Source: Albugo candida (taxonomy: Eukaryota). From it: DNA of 64,000 nucleotides. Location: the NCBI GenBank assembly GCA_040437565.1, contig JBDOQK010000031.1, positions 124,001-188,000 on the forward strand, given 5' to 3'. Positions 63,217 to 64,000 of this stretch are shown piece by piece; the first letter of the stretch is position 1; each line of letters begins with the position of its first letter. Below the pieces are notes generated by a model. That model was not told the origin of the DNA, ran no database searches, and saw only the letters and a list, made by a program, of their open reading frames with translations. The position numbers and the translations under genes are program-made.

Positions 63217-63560
63217 CTATTCTATTACGATGTGATTCTTCTCATTACAAGTGGCCAAAAGCGACAGGTAAGAGGGCAATTGGTTGTCGTTGTATTGTTC
63301 TTTTCGAGAATAAACGCGCAACAAACGACAAAAGCCGCAAACTCGGATATGTGTGGTAGCGCATATGTTCAGTGCCGAATGCTTGCATCGATAATTCCTT
63401 GAGATCCATGCACAAATATCGCCATCCTGTCTCAAAGCCAAAGGAAAGAGAAATTTGAGATTTACTTTGATCCGCATCGACTATCGCTAGGCTTTCTGAC
63501 AATAAGAGGCGCACTTGTGGATATATGTGCTTACACGACTGATGAGATCGAATTGATGCA
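63217..63560 (-). pseudogene. CFAP20 (DUF667)-like domain remnant with an apparent 1-nt frameshift; pseudogene or sequence error
   Basis: GWRYLCMDLKELSMQAFGTEH in one frame continues as CATTHIRVCGFCRLLRVYSRKEQYNDNQLP in another. Together they resemble the CFAP20 C-terminal half. Confidence 0.55.
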
Positions 63561-64000
63561 GTTCGAAGACCTCTTGGCTATATTTCAGCCCGCTCCTTGA
63601 ACTTATTGCTTTGATATCGGCTTTTGAACGCCATTCTGCGATACGAGTCTCCAAATTCTAGAGGCCATATCACGGTCACGATTTTAACAAGGTCTGCATG
63701 GTTTTGACATCTGGGACGACGTCATTACTCATGAGATGAAAGATCGTCTAAGTAGTGTATAGGTGGTAGCCTATCTATTCGATCAGCTCACCATTCGGCC
63801 ACCATATGATCTCAAGAATGTAGCTGCGCTCAATATATCATGTCGATAAATTTATCGTCGATCTTGCGTTAAAAGCGTTGCTATTGACCAATGCGGCAAC
63901 GATCAGCGCTTTTTGTGACATCTATTCTGTATGCATGGCAATGAGCATACTTGAATGATACTCCAAGATAATCCCAGAAAAGCTCATCGACAGCTCTGGT

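Noticed and set aside
1-64000. CRISPR arrays, rRNA, prokaryotic operons or defence systems, RxLR/CRN effectors
   Set aside because: This is intron-containing eukaryotic DNA. I saw no spaced repeat arrays, no rRNA-like tracts, and no convincing RxLR-dEER or LFLAK motif after a signal peptide.

Overview
This is a gene-dense eukaryotic scaffold window with short GT-AG introns (about 40-65 nt) and very short intergenic spacers. The gene content and compact architecture point to an oomycete, probably Albugo-like; this is an inference, not a database result. About 21 protein-coding loci and one tRNA-Pro(CGG) are supported. Recognisable genes: a giant HERC-like HECT E3 ligase (5' partial), TMEM43-like, ribonucleotide reductase small subunit, an RNI-like LRR protein, SAM50, ChaC, PRA1, Tctex-1, DNAAF5/HEATR2, a RECQL4-like helicase, a WRKY19-type zinc-finger protein, SURF1, a DENN protein, a PFU-like repeat protein, a double RanGAP, a UBR1-like N-recognin and a frameshifted CFAP20-like remnant. 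There are eight 100-N gaps, seven flanked by duplicated sequence (assembly artefacts; three pairs differ by SNPs). No CRISPR array, rRNA or intact mobile element is visible. The strongest leads are unusual protein architectures: (1) ArfGAP-DENN-IQ fused to a plant NACK-kinesin-type C-terminal domain, visible only after manual splicing; (2) a seven-repeat PFU-like protein; (3) a tandem RanGAP with one degenerate copy; (4) a HERC ligase carrying FHA and Vps62-like domains. Exon boundaries were read by eye and need RNA-seq confirmation.
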